Source of the DNA: Macrostomum lignano
Taxonomy: Eukaryota
Length of the DNA stretch: 64,000 nt
Direction of reading: 5' to 3'
NCBI GenBank assembly: GCA_002269645.1
Contig: NIVC01000152.1
Span: 620,001-684,000 of the forward strand
Shown here: piece after piece, positions 10,901 through 24,700 of the stretch
Numbering within the stretch: position 1 is the first letter of the stretch
Layout: every line of letters starts with the position of its first letter
Made by a program: the position numbers and the translations under genes
The notes under the pieces: model-generated
The model's database searches: none
Told to the model about the DNA's origin: nothing
What the model saw: the letters and a program-made list of their open reading frames with translations, nothing else

Positions 10901-13900
10901 ACGGGCCTGGAACTGGCGCATGCGGCCCTGGATTCCGGACTGGCTGGAGTCCAGCTCCTTGATGAAGTGGTCGCGAATCTCCGACATTAGCGATGTGAAA
11001 CAGAAGAACGCGTCCGGCTCTGCGTGGGCGGCCCAGTCCGGATTGGGATCGCTGGCCAGTACGTAGTAGATGGGACCGAGAACCTGCAAATGGGGAATTT
11101 TCATGACTGTTTCACTGTTTCCCTGTTCCATTAAATTTTCAATGAGTTCTCACTGCTTGAGCAGCAGTCTCTGAGTCTCACTGTTTGAGCAGCAGTCTCT
11201 GAGTCTCACTGTTTGAGCAGCAGTCTCTGAGTCTCACTGTTTGAGCAGCAGTCTCTGAGCTCTCACTGTTTGAGCAGCAGTCCCTGAGTTCTCACTGTTT
11301 GAGCAGCAGTCTCTGAGTCTCACTGTTTGAGCAGCAGTCTCTGAGTCTCACTGTTTGAGCAGCAGTCTCTGAGCTCTCACTGTTTGAGCAGCAGTCCCTG
11401 AGTTCTCACTGTTTGAGCAGCAGTCTCTGAGTCTCACTGTTTGAGCAGCAGTCTCTGAGTCTCACTGTTTGAGCAGCAGTCTCTGAGTCTCACTGTTTGA
11501 GCAGCAGTCTCTGAGTCTCACTGTTTGAGCAGCAGTCTCTGAGTCTCACTGTTTGAGCAGCAGTCTCTGAGCTCTCACTGTTTGAGCAGCAGTCTCTGAG
11601 TTCTCACTGTTTGAGCAGCAGTCCCTGAGTTCTCACTGCTTGAGCAGCAGTCTCTGAGTTCTCACTGTTTGAGCAGCCGTCTCTGAGCTCTTACTGTTTG
11701 AGCAGCAGTCTCTGAGTTCTCACTGTTTGAGCAGCAGTCCCTGAGTTCTCACTGCTTGAGCAGCAGTCTCTGAGTTCTCACTGTTTGAGCAGCAGTCTCT
11801 GAGTCTCACTGTTTGAGCAGCAGTCTCTGAATTCTCACTGTTTGAGCAGATTCAGATAGAATGCTCACCTCGTTCATTCCTTGTACGTAGCCCTGTCCAG
11901 GGTTGAGTTTAGTATAGAGAAACAGCAGCCGCTCGCAGACCTCCCAGTGGGCCTCCTGGCCCTCCGGCAGCCGAAACATGTCCGAGTTGCGCCGCCTGGC
12001 GGGCCGGGCCAGCAGGGTGTTGACGCCGAACTGGCTGCGGCCGAACGTCTGCGCCTCAAGCAGCCCGGTCTCTACGCGGTGCCGCAGCGAGGCTTGCCGT
12101 CGTCTCGGCCAGCTGGTGAAAAAAGATTTTCATATCCTAATGCACCTATCAGATTTGAACTTGTCAGATTCTAAATAAACAGCTGGATTGTCAGCACCCG
12201 CCAATGCCTGACAAGATTTGAACTTGTCAAATTCTAAATAAACAGCTGTATTGTCAGCACCCGCCAATGTCTGACAAGATTTAATTTTATCAGATTCTAA
12301 ATAAACAGCTGGATTGTCAGCACCCGCCGTCAATACCTGACAAGACTTGAATCTTAACTAATTTGCCTAAGATTCGTTTTTTGCAGAATACAATTTTCTA
12401 TTTTTGCATATTGGCCCATTTTTTTATTTGCGGTCGAAATTGTGTCTTGAGTCCTATTTTTAGGTGCAATTTTTAAGTTGGGAATAGGTCCCTGGCATTA
12501 ATTAGTTCAGAATACCTAGGCCAAAAACCTACCGACTAGCCTGCTGAAAGAAGTTCAGATCGGGGCACAGCCGGCGGCAATCCTTGTCAATCTGCTGCAG
12601 AGTCTCGTTATCCTCGAAGTGCTTGGCCCACTGGCTGTTGGGATTCAAATTCAGCGGATGATCGCCGCCGGAGCCTTCAACACTGGCGCCCTGGCGTTCC
12701 TCATCCGGCTGCAGGATGACTTCTTCGACGTACTGATCGTAGAGGCTGCGCATTTTTGCCAGGTGAGCAGGCCACTCGGCCGGTCTGGGGTCCAGGTAGC
12801 CGAGCAGCAGGCGCCAGGTGACTGCCCGATGGCTGCCGCACTCGGGACAGCCGTTGAAGGCTTCGTTGCGAAGGCGATGCAAATCCAGCGGATTCTTGGA
12901 GAAGATGTTCTCAAATATGGCAGCTCTGTGGTTGGTGTAGAATGGAATTTAAAACAACTGATATTGATATATTAAACTGATGAAGCACCTGACTGATACA
13001 AAGATTTTAGCAATTGCAAAATGAGATGTTTTACAAGCTCAAAATTTTACAAGTTTGAAACTTCATAACAACTTTAAATAAGTTACAAAGCTAGTATAAT
13101 TTTTGATGTTATATCTATACATGTATAGTCTAGATTGCTAGCTAGTTTAGGCCTAGGTAAATAGATGATAGAAACAAAACTATTTAAATAATAGATTTAT
13201 AGTTAATATTTGCTATTAAAAATTTTATACTACACATTTAATATTGCTTCTTTAAAACTAATATTCTAGAAAACATTGTCTTGTTCAACTTTTAAAAGCT
13301 ACCTAATATTAGCAAAAGTGTTTTGCTATAAATAGGGTCTTCAGTAGTGAGATTTTGAAAGTTTTTTTGTATTTTTGATACATACAAGGGGTGTTTTAAA
13401 AGTAATGAGAATTTTGTTATAACTTTTGATTGGATGAACATATGAACCTGAAATTTTCACCCAACAATTTTACATATATGAACAATTAATAGCTTTATTT
13501 TAAGCCTTACATAGCTGCATGCAACTGTATAATTGTAAATGAAAAATCATGCCTCAAAATTTTAAATTATGATTTTTGTCTCATAATTTTTTTTCTTGTA
13601 AAAGAAAAATACACTATGGGTTGATTGGTGCCTTTTAAGTGCTATATTTGATTTTTTTATTTTTTGGTCATATCTCTCCTAATATTTATCCTACAGTGTT
13701 TATATTCATGTTCATTTCATAAAGGCGCACTAAAAAATTGCATTTAGAATTGCGCAAAATGCAATACAAAAAGTTATTCAACTTTTAAATTTTTACATGG
13801 GCCAAGTAAGAACAATAAATTTTTTCTTACAAAGCAGTTTTTTGGACTTTTAACTATCTAACTTTGCATTTCTATCATTAAAGTTTGTTTAAATGGCCCT

Positions 13901-14643
13901 TTTAGCATGAAAAATGAATCCATTTAAAGTAGTATTTCATAGCACCAATTTACATGTATACAAAAAATGTACAATGTTTAAATGATCACTGCTCTTAAAA
14001 TATTTAGTTTTTTTGTTTAGGAGTTATTTCACTTGAAAGATATATTTCTCTAGTTTTGATACATATTATAGATTTTTATAAAACCAGTTCAACACATAGC
14101 AATTGAATTTTAAAGTTTTAAGAATTTTTGTTTTTTCTGCAACATTTTCAACTTTCAAAATCTCACTAAAGTCCCTACTAAAAATTCGAAATCAATAAAA
14201 TAAGTCAATTTTAAGCTCTGTCTAGATGTCTAGATGACTTTTTAAACATTGTCTAGACATTTAGAAGTGACCTATTTAGCTTAGGTTCATAGCAAAACAG
14301 TATGTTTAGAAGTAATAGGCCTAGTTTAGAATATCATTAAAAATATAGAACTAAAGATTAGACAAGATCTAAATTTCAATTGTAAGATTTTAAATATTTA
14401 GGTTTTTAAATGCTAAAAATCTAAAACTAAAGCTATATTGATTTGCACACATTTGTACAAGTCCTAAATGTTGACTGAATCTCAATCATCTTAACTCAGA
14501 TATACCTACAACCTCGACCACAAATTTTGAAAATCTGATAGTGATGTTGTCTGCTTAATAAATGCAATAATTATTTTCAAATCTGAAGTATTCAATAATA
14601 AATAAATAATTTCAATTCAAAGTTAAACTTACCTCATCTCCAT
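7952..14643 (-). CDS. TBC1D13: TBC1 domain family member 13 (Rab GAP); exons 14633-14643, 12533-12925, 11869-12112, 10646-11083, 7952-8149 (427 aa)
   Basis: All four introns are GT-AG and phase-consistent. Motifs DHPLNLNPNSQWAKHFEDNETLQQIDKDCRRLCPDLNFFQ, AHWEVCERLLFLYTKLNPGQGYVQGMNE, FYAFRYLTLLLSQEFRLPDLLRVWDSL and NYPYADVRQILAKA match human TBC1D13 in order. The 11-nt first exon (ATGGAGATGAG|gtaagt) is the least certain part. Confidence 0.93.
8199..10611. repeat. 28-bp GC-rich minisatellite (~2.4 kb) filling the last TBC1D13 intron
   Basis: Same monomer as 2640-3161. It explains all the [20 protein letters not shown] ORFs. Confidence 0.97.
11145..11848. repeat. 28-29-bp minisatellite (CTCACTGTTTGAGCAGCAGTCTCTGAGT) in a TBC1D13 intron
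   Basis: Tandem copies between the exons ending at 11083 and 11869. Confidence 0.97.
12151..12350. repeat. 63-bp tandem repeat (about 3 copies) in a TBC1D13 intron
   Basis: Units begin near 12151, 12214 and 12277 (AGATTTGAACTTGTCAGATTCTAAATAAACAGCTG...). Confidence 0.85.
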
Positions 14644-16123
14644 CGTATAAATTATTTTTATATTCTATTATTCAATTGCTTGACTAAATGGATAACTGTT
14701 TTTCAGTTTCAAAAGTGTTAAGAAAACAGTAATTATCGATAAAGGTGATAATTTATTTTTATTTTATTTGGTATGCTGTTGACTATACTCTTTGTATGAA
14801 GGTACTTTTCAATGTCGTTGTCGACTAACAGATAGTGCGATTACCAAATCACATGATTGACTACGTACCTACGTGTCTTCCTTTTCATTCTAGGAAAATA
14901 GTTAAGTTAAAATTCTATCCCGAACTCTGTCAGAATAACAATAAGGAATATTAGCAAGGATTTTTAAACAGAGCCGTAGCCTAATGGTCGAACGCAGCGT
15001 TCTTCGAAGCGACCTAGGCTCGATTTCAAGTGAAGCGTAGTGATTTAGGGTTAAATTGTAAACTCGACTAGGTCTGCTCGTGCAATTAGCTCCAAGGGCC
15101 AACGGCTGGGCGTGGGCGATCGTATTGGTTCAGTCACTTCCGAGTATGGAGTACCAAGAAGTCCAATGGGGTGACCTAGTACCGAGTACTATATTACGAG
15201 TCCACCGTGTCCATGCACCGGCACAGTACGAAGCTTACATTGGGTAACGATTAATGAAGTTAGGGCCGCTGTAAACTCCTGTGTGAGTCTGGTTATGCGT
15301 TTGACTGCGTATAACGAGAGTGGTCCTTGTTGTGTGTCGACCTGCTTAGGAGAGTCGGCGGATTGGCACGATCATCGGCCCCTACCGGTTTTGACAATGT
15401 TGCGTAAGTGAGCCAGGATCGGCACACAGCCCCTTGCTCTGATTAAAAATAAAATAGATTTTCGAATACTACATATATTGCAGCACTACTACTACACTGT
15501 ATATGATTTTAGATTTAATTACGCTAGCTGCTACAAGCACGAGTTTGCGGTGTTTTGGATTACAGGTATACTACATGTATGCAGTATTAAAGTAAATTAA
15601 ATTAAAAGGATTATGACGACATGAACAGCAAACGTACTGAAACTACATGCATCTCATAAATTTACTAGGCTGTAACTGAAAATGGCTGAAGTACATGTAA
15701 TACTCTACGCAAAACAAAGCGAGCAATCAAGTTCTGGAATCATAATAAAGTGTGTTTTTTATTTTTACAATCTTAAAAATATGCATTCTCCCTAAAACTC
15801 TAAAACTACCCTTTGTTAAACTTGCATACGGATATGATACCTGTATCTCAGCAATACAAGAATTACTTGGTTATCGATCTGCATGACCTACACGTACATG
15901 GAAAATTTATGCATAATAAAAAATAGCAAAAAACCAAACTATCAATGCACATGTATGTTTAGCACAAGTTGAAATGTACCAAGATGTTTGAAAAGCTAGT
16001 TATCAAACAGTTATCAAATTATTTGTATTTCTTAAGACCGAAATAGACAGCACCAATAATTATAGCAACTTATACAACAGGAAATGTAGACGAAACGCAT
16101 AAAAATTAGTAAGCAATGTCAAA

Positions 16124-19100
16124 TCAATGGGTTACAACTGGCAGTTGTATGTTTGACTCCTCAATGCAACGCAGGCACTGCTGATAGCAGACTGTCTCAA
16201 CTTTTTCCACGCTTTGCCTCATTGTCTCCAGCTTGCCAGCGAAGTCTTTCGGAAACCAATCCGGACCGCGGTCTGGCACTGTTTCGCAGCAGCCAAGCAG
16301 CTTCTGCAACGTTAACAGCAGGATGAATTTGTCTTTTGTGGGAGAAACAATTGGGACGAAGAGAAATTAGCAATTAGAGCAATTAGAGAAAACAATTGTC
16401 ACGTGACTATGTCCAGCCAATGGTGACTTGAATGTGCACGCATCCATACAGGGTATAGCAATGCACGAATCACACACATACTTGATATCCGTAGCGTCAA
16501 GGCACCGGCTTAGCTTTGAGCTATTCGCCGTTTACCTTCGGCGACATCGTCCCAACAACCAGTGCTGAGGCAAATCTGCCTATTTCGCTGAGCACCTACA
16601 AGAGCGCCAATGCTGTACGCAGGCACGCACTCATACACACGCAGACACAGGTGTGTTCAGCGGTCCTGACTTTCTAATCGGTCAGGCATGTACACTCTCG
16701 GTGCCTTGTGGGTTGGCCCTCATGGGTGTGAATCGCACGACAACCCCTAGGTCAATTTTGTGCAAAAAACCGTTGAGCAACCCGCTCTGCCCCAATGAAA
16801 CGATGGGAACGGCCACAAACCTGTAGAAACGCCAGCACGCGCTCCGGCGTATCGAAATCAGCCTTGGCAGCGGCATTGAGCGCCAGGCGCATCAACTCGC
16901 CGCTGAGGTCGCACACGCCAAGCAGGTAGTCGAACTGGGACACCAGCAGGCCGGACGGCAGGCGGTCGCGTACCCCGCCGGACAGGCTTAGCAGGCGGCC
17001 GGTGGACAGGAATTCTAAGAAAGTCATAGCCTCGATCAGCTCCTGCAGTCCTGGACTATAAGCCCGCCTGTATTCCCAGGGATCCTGGCCGGTCAGCTCA
17101 GAGCTGATTGGCAGCAGCTTAGACGCAATCAGCTTGTCCAATCGCTGGCTAACTTCAGTCAGTACAGCCAATCTTTCTTCATCGGAGGCGCCAGCCACTC
17201 GATGCAGAGTGAAAATAAGCCGCTTACTCTCCATGGTTATGTCGCGAGACAGTTTCACAATGCGCTCCCGCCTGTCCTGCTTGACGTCGAGGCGCTCTTT
17301 GAATGTCTAATTGGTGTATTAGAACAGTTAATTTTACGAGGTAAGTATTCAATACGTTTATTAACTTTTTATCAGCGTATTTTTCGTAGATCGCTACTAT
17401 TAGTAGAGTAACAGCTCAAAAAGCAAATTATATTTAATTTTATACAGGTAATAATTGGTTATTTTTACTGCAAGTAAAATGTCAAAGAAATGCAACGTAT
17501 TGTAGTTGTTTTTATAAATTTTAAATTATCAATCTGACAGTTTTCTTCTATACAATACTCATATTTAGGGGGCGACCCAGTCCCGGGCCCGGGCCCGAAA
17601 AGTCGGGAATCCCGACCAAAATCGTGGCCCGACCCGGGCCCGGGCCCGACCCTAAAAAAGTCGGGAAATCGGGACAAGTCTTTTTTCCCTAAAGGCACTA
17701 ACCGCGTGCGAATAAGAATAAAATTATTTTTATTCACAGCACAGCACAACACTCAGTTAAGCATCGCATCAGCACTCAAGACTCAAGCACTGCACGACTG
17801 CAGTAATAGTAATAGATGATATGATGTGAAGTAGCAATATCATTGATTTGTAGTATGCTCTTAGCGTGAGCGTCTGTGACTGTGACCGTGAGCGTCAGCC
17901 ACAGCTAGTTTCCACTTTCCAGGAAGATCGGATTTTTTCCAGGAAGATAAAATTAAAACATAGTTTTGCAATACTTTTTTGCAATATTGATTCCACTTTA
18001 CACGCTGTAGGCTGCAGCCTAAAAGCAAAAATATGATTCTTAAAAAAGTTGATTTGTCAATTTTAAGCTTTTGTAAATAACATTTCCTATTTACATTCCA
18101 AGAAGTACCTATTAAGGGCCAAGGCTACCATTTTTCCAAGAAGTTTGCTATCTGTCAGAGTTTGTAATCGTGTTCATATTTGTATTGTATTCGTAGGTAG
18201 TTGTAGTCGTAGACTCATAGTATCATATTCGTAATCATATTCGTTTAGGTAGGTAGGTGAGCAGGTAGGCAGGTATCAGCTAATTACTTGTATTTCCATT
18301 GTCTGTTTGCCTGTTCTGTTGAGACAGTTGAGTGTTGTGTTGTGTTGTCACTTCATTTGTGTTCTGCTCTGTTGTCTTGTCTTGTTGTCTTATTGAATAC
18401 TGACTGTATACATGGCTCTTTACATTGAAGCTATGTAAAGGAACTAAAAATTCAAATAAAAGAATCAATCAATTGATTTGGTTCTTACTTCCTTATTGCT
18501 TCCAATGCCAAGTGCCTTACACTTAATGCTTCAGCTTTTCTTCTTTTTGCTTACTGCCACTGCCAGTGCCAGCCGCACTACCGCAGTGCCTGCTTGCCTA
18601 CCTCACTGCCTATTAGTGTCACTGTCACTGGCACACACACAGTACTTGTGCCACACAGTGACATTGAATTTGAACTATTGGGTATATTGATATTTGAGTA
18701 TTAAGTCTTTTAATGTAACTCTTATCTATTCTGAAGTCTTAACTAATGTATTAAATAAAAATAATATTTATTATATTATATATTTAATATATATTTAATT
18801 TAATATATTATATTTATTATATTTATATATTATTATATATTTAATATATTTATATATTATAATATATTTAATGTTTATCATATATTTATTATACATTTAA
18901 TATATTATATTAGATTTAATATATCTATATATTTATTATATATTTAATAGTAATCCGCATATGCTAAAAGTATTAAGATTTATTATGATTTTTTTTCCAA
19001 TTATTGAGCTGTCCTAAAGATCTTGTCCCGAATTCCCGAGGCCCGACCCGGGCCCGAGTCCTCATTCCCGGGCCCGACCCGGGCCCGACTTTGGCTGTCC

Positions 19101-19804
19101 CGGTCGCCCCCTACTCATATTTCATGATGCTCCAGACTTGCATCTTGAACAGGCTTGCATCATCAAGACTGAGTAAATGGTCAATAATTAGCAGCCCTGA
19201 GCTGCGGTACAAGTGCAGGATGGGAGTTGCGACCCTTACAATGTCAGAACTGTACAAGCTGTATGCATATCTCGGATGCACCATGCCACTGACTGCAACA
19301 CCTGGGCCATGTTGAAATGGGTCAGGGTGTAATTTCTTTGCTAGTTCTATTGTACAGCCTTTGATTTTATTTCATTGGAATTAGTACATTTAAAATTATC
19401 AAAATCGACAGACATTGCAGAAATTGCTATACTTTGCCAAAAAATTTGCCATGTTATAAGGTAGCATCATAATTCTTATCCTTAATCTTTTGAGCTCTTC
19501 CCAGTTATCAGGCTCCTAGATAGCCAGATGATTGGGTAGATGAAAACTGGATTAGCTAATTAGCCACCAAAAAGTTTGTCACTAGGGCTTAACAAAGAAT
19601 GATAACTAAGACTGGAAAACAGTAGTCCAGGTTGCTCTAATTTAAATTTAATTCAGCACAGTTGTATACCTGAAATAGTGCTGCCACTTTGTTATTCTCA
19701 TCCTGACTTAACCTGGCACATTTATTGTCACTGGCTGGTCCAGGTGGTGTGGCATTTGGACGCTTTGAAGCTGCAGTTTCTGGTTGTTGAGGGTCCTGAA
19801 ACAT
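16124..19804 (-). CDS. TSNAX: Translin-associated factor X (TRAX, C3PO nuclease subunit); exons 19670-19804, 16821-17306, 16124-16303 (~266 aa)
   Basis: Phase-0 GT-AG joins give NKVAALFQ|TFKERLDVKQDRRERIVKLSRDITMESKRLIFTLHR, GLQELIEA, DYLLGVCDLSGELMR and LETMRQSVEKVETVCY, collinear with human TRAX. The start ATG at 19804 is tentative, and a further upstream exon is possible. Confidence 0.9.
16543..16795 (-). mobile_element. SINE family 2 copy in a TSNAX intron
   Basis: The reverse complement of 16543-16686 (GATTAGAAAGTC...GCGTGTGTATGAGTGCGTGCCTGCGTACAGCATTGGCGCTCTTGTAGGTGCTCAG...TCAGCACTGG...GGGACGATG) aligns with 41884-42020. A degenerate tRNA-like head at 16720-16795 is tentative. Confidence 0.7.
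17566..19113. mobile_element. Non-autonomous hAT-like DNA transposon (1548 bp) in TSNAX intron 1
   Basis: TIR TAGGGGGCGACC / GGTCGCCCCCTA, subterminal CCCGGGCCCGAC repeats at both ends, and an exact 8-bp TSD CTCATATT at 17558-17565 and 19114-19121. An internal AT-rich low-complexity tract lies at ~18750-18950. Confidence 0.9.
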
Positions 19805-20339
19805 ATGAAACAAGGGCCCCAAGGGCCAGCTGGAAACTGGATTTCCAACCTTAAAAACCTAGCTTGTAAATAACACTAGCAATATTTATATACTACCATG
19901 CAAATAATAACTACCAAAGTGCAATGATTTGATACAAAGGACCATGGTTTTTGATAGAAAAAATGTTGTACTAAAATAAATTTGAAATTCCACATTTTCA
20001 AAAATGAATAAACATGATTTAAAGAGCATAATTAGATTAAGCACAGGATAAATAATGGATAAAACAAGCTTAATTAAGGGGAAAGTTAATATGTAGGCCC
20101 TGTATTTAGCAAGTTTGCTTCCTTCTTGACAATGCTCGGCCGCATGTTAGGCCTATATTGACTAGGCTAATACCATTTTGTATTATAGGAATTAATAAAA
20201 TTACACACCTGTTCTTTTTCATTTCTTAATTGTCTAGATATTTTGCAAAATTTGATTTTATTAATCTTACTTATAATGAATTTCTATTACCAAAGTTTTT
20301 TACCTAATTTGGTCAAGACTCAATACCCACTAGGGTACA

Positions 20340-21128
20340 GTGGCCACTACCCACTTTTGACCTAAATTAAATACAATCCACTTAAGTAACAGCCATTTTG
20401 GTAATAGCCACTTTAGTAACAAGAATAACCACTTTGGTAATGGCCATTTCAGATTTGGTAATAGGCATAGCAAATTTAGTAACAAAGCACAATAGATTTA
20501 CAACTGTTAACATTTTATTTTTATGATAATTAGGATTAGGCCTAGCAATAATTAGAATTTAGATAAATAATTAACATCTCAAACATCTTATTACCACATA
20601 TAGGCCTAGTTAAACTTTCTAGTTGAACTGTATTATAAATATAATTTGTTTAAACTTGCATATTACTTTGTGAAAAATGAAATGAAAATGAAGCAAAGCT
20701 CAACTGCTTGAGCTGATTATATACATTTGAAATTGAAAAAAATTAAATAATGAAAGAAAAAAAGTAGATTCTATAATTCTAAGTCACTATTCATTAATTA
20801 TAGATTAAAGATTCTAATGTACATAATACACAATAGGGCCTATTTGGTCGATTAGAGGATGTCTTGGGTGCATGTATCTGACTCATCCGGAAATAAGAAT
20901 AGATTGGTTAAAACACTTTTAAACAAGTTAAAAACATGCAGACACACTACACATGTTTTGTCATTCTTAGAGTTTTTCGCACATACTTTTTTGGAGCATA
21001 TCAATTAATACATATAATATGATTCTCACTTGTTACCGAAGTGACTGTTACTGAGATGGCTACCAAAGTGGTCATTTTTTGTTACCAAAGTGGCTGTTAC
21101 TGAAATGACTGTTATCAAAAACCTTAAA
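20340..21128. repeat. MITE-like element with inverted subterminal repeats (GTAACAGCCACTTTGGTAA / TTACCAAAGTGGCTGTTAC)
   Basis: A motif cluster at 20380-20480 is mirrored at 21030-21120. No clear TSD was found. Confidence 0.5.
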
Positions 21129-21744
21129 GGTCACTGGTCAGATCGTCATAATCCATTTTGTCATTCCGGATGACGAAGTGACTAAAAGCAAAGTAGCTTT
21201 GAAAAATAATATGACGAAGTGACAAAATATTTAGTTATGCTGGATACTTCGTCATCAACCAATTAATCTGTGTAAGATTCGAGTTAGTGTTTTTTTTAAC
21301 TATGAGCTGCGGCAAGCAGAACCGAGATCGACAGGTTTTATCAATCGAGATGACAAAATGAGTAATATGTTTATTAATATGTAATAAAGTAAATATGTTT
21401 AATTGCCACAATAGGGCCTAATTCACTTGGAAGTTGGAACTAATATGATTGGTGGATGACGAAATGACTCTCTTCACAGTTTATGGCCGCCCGTTAGCGG
21501 AGCCCATCCCACGCTAAAAATAGCCCGTTAGCGGGGTCCGCCCCACGGTGGGGTGGGCTCCCTTAGCGCGGGCCAGCCCACAATGGTTAGGATATGCCAT
21601 TGCGGGGCTGTGGAGAAGCAGACGCCAGAACTTGACTCGCATTGGTTGTCAAGATACATGGCACTAATTCAAAATAGAAAAAAAACTTTTTTTTCGGCTC
21701 CATTGAGTGAGAACTAAATGCATTGACCTTGCCAGGGCGCTAAA

Positions 21745-24700
21745 ATTGGCGCCCAAAGGCTGAAATTGGCGCCGGTATATTAAACTTGGCGCCCAGAAGT
21801 AGCAAGCTGATATATGCTGCCACTTCTACACTCGTTGGCACATTCCAGCGCTGATTTGGGGATCCTGGCGCCGATTTGGTGATCCTGGCGCCAAATTTGA
21901 CTTTAGGCGCCAAATTGAGCTTTCCCGCGCCAATTTGAGCTATCCTGCGCCGATTTGAGCTTTCTAGCGCCAATTTGAGCTTTCCAGCGCTAGTTAAGGT
22001 CTTCTCAAGCTGATTTCAGCATTCCGGCGCTAATTCGGCGATCCTGGCGCCGATTTGGTGATCCTGGCGCCAAATTAGACTTCCGGCGCCAATTTGAGCT
22101 TTCCCGCGCCGATTTGCGCTATCCTGCGCCGATTTGAGCTTTCTAGCGCTGGTTTAGGTTTTCTTGAGCTGATTTCAGCATTTCGGCGCTGATTCAGCGA
22201 TCCTGGCGCCGATTTGGTGACCCTGGCGCCAAATTTGACTTCCGGCACCAATTTGAGCTTTCCCGCGCCTATTTGAGCTTTCAAGCGCTGGTCCGGGCTT
22301 TTTAGCGCCAATTTGAGCTTTCCAGCGCTAGTTAAGGTCTTCTCAAGCTGATTTCAGCATTCCGGCGCTAATTCGGCGATCCTGGCGCCGATTTGGTGAT
22401 CCTGGCGCCAAATTTGACTTCCGGCGCCAATTTGAGCTTTCCCGCGCCTATTTGCGCTATCCTGCGCCGATTTGAGCTTTCTAGCGCTGGTTTAGGTTTT
22501 CTTGAGCTAATTTCAGCATCCCGGCGCTGATTCAGCGATCCTGGCGCCGATTTGGTGATCCTGGCGCCAAATTTGACTTCCGGCGCCAATTTGAGCTTTC
22601 CCGCGCCGATTTGCGCTATCCTGCGCCGATTTTAGCTTTCTAGCGCTGGTTTAGGTTTTCTTGAGCTGATTTCAGCATTTCGGCGCTGATTCAGCGATCC
22701 TGGCGCCGATTTGGTGATCCTAGCGCCAAATTTGACTTCCGGCGCCAATTTGAGCTTTCCCGCGCCGATTTGCGCTATCCTGCGCCGATTTGAGCTTTCT
22801 AGCGCTGGTTTAGGTTTTCTTGAGCTGATTTCAGCATTTCGGCGCTGATTCAGCGATCCTGGCGCCGATTTGATGATCCTGGCGCCGATTCGGCGATCCT
22901 GGCGCCAAATTTGACTTTCGGCGCCAATTTGAGCTTTACCGCGCCAAGTTAAGCTTTCCAGCGCTGGTCCGGGCTTTATGGCGCTGATTTCAGCATTCCA
23001 ACGCTGATTTGGCGATCCTCGCGCCGATTTAGTGATCCTGGCGCCAAATTTGACTTTAGGCGCCAAATTGAGCTTTCCCGCGCCAATTTGAGCTATCCTG
23101 CGCCGATTTGAGCTTTCTAGAGCTGATTTGAGCTTTCTAGCGCTGGTTTAGGTTTTCTTGAGCTGATTTCAGCATTCCGGCGCTGATTCAGCGATCCTGG
23201 CGCCGATTTGGTGACCCTGGCGCCAAATTTGACTTCCGGCGCCAATTTGAGCTTTCCCGCGCCTATTTGAGCTTTCCAGCGCTGGTCCGGGCTTTTTAGC
23301 GCTGATTTGGCGATACTGGCGCCGATTTAGTGATCCTGACGCCAAATTTGACTTCCGGCGCCAATTTGAGCTTTCACGCGCCAATTTTAGCTATCTTGCG
23401 CCGATTTGAGCTTTCCAACGCTGGTCCGGGCTTTTTAGCGCTGATTTGGCGATACTGGCGCCGATTTGGTGATCCTGACGCCAAATTAGACTTCCGGCGC
23501 CAATTTGAGCTTTCCCGCGCCTATTTAAGCTATCCTGCGCCGATTTGAGCTTTCTAGCGCTGGTCCGGGCTTTTTGGCGCTGATTTTAGCATTCCGGCGC
23601 TGATTCGGTGATCCTGGCGCCAAATTTGACTTCCGGCGCCAATTTGAGCTTTCCCGCGCCGATTTGAGCTTTCCAGCGCTGGTCCGGGCTTTTTAGCGCC
23701 AATTTGAGCTTTCCAGCGCTAGTTAAGGTCTTCTCAAGCTGATTTCAGCATTCCGGCGCTAATTCGGCGATCCTGGCGCCGATTTGGTGATCCTGGCGCC
23801 AAATTTGACTTCCGGCCAGCGCCAATTTGAGCTTTCCCGCGTCGATTTGCGCTATCCTGCGCCGATTTGAGCTTTCTAGCGCTGGTTTAGGTTTTCTTGA
23901 GCTGATTTCAGCATTCCGGCGCTGATTCAGCGATCCTGGCGCCGATTTGGTGATCCTAGCGCCAAATTTGACTTCCGGCGCCAATTTGAGCTTTCCCGCG
24001 CCGATTTGCGCTATCCTGCGCCGATTTGAGCTTTCTAGCGCTGGTTTAGGTTTTCTTGAGCTGATTTCAGCATTTCGGCGCTGATTCAGCGATCCTGGCG
24101 CCGATTTGATGATCCTGGCGCCGATTCGGCGATCCTGGCGCCAAATTTGACTTTTGGCGCCAATTTGAGCTTTACCGCACCAAGTTAAGCTTTCCAGCGC
24201 TGGTCCAAGCTTTATGGCGCTGATTTCAGCATTCCAACGCTTATTTGGCGATCCTCGCGCCGATTTAGTGATCCTGGCGCCAAATTTGACTTTCGGCGCC
24301 AAATTGAGCTTTCCCGCGCCAATTTGAGCTATCCTGCACCGATATGAGCTTTCTAGCGCTGATTTGAGCTTTCTAGCGCTGGTTTAGGTTTTCTTGAGCT
24401 GATTTCAGCATTCCGGCGCTGATTCAGCGATCCTGGCGCCGATTTGGTGATCCTGGCGCCAAATTTGACTTCCGGCGCCAATTTGAGCTTTCCCGCGCCT
24501 ATTTGAGCTATCCTGCGCCGATTTGAGCTTTCTAGCGCTGGTTTAGGTTTTCTTGAGCTGATTTCAGCATTCCGGCGCTGATTCAGCGATCCTGGCGCCG
24601 ATTTGATGATTCTGGCGCCGATTCGGCGATCCTGGCGCCAAATTTGACTTTCGGCGCCAATTTGAGCTTTCACGCGCCAATTTTAGCTATCTTGCGCCGA

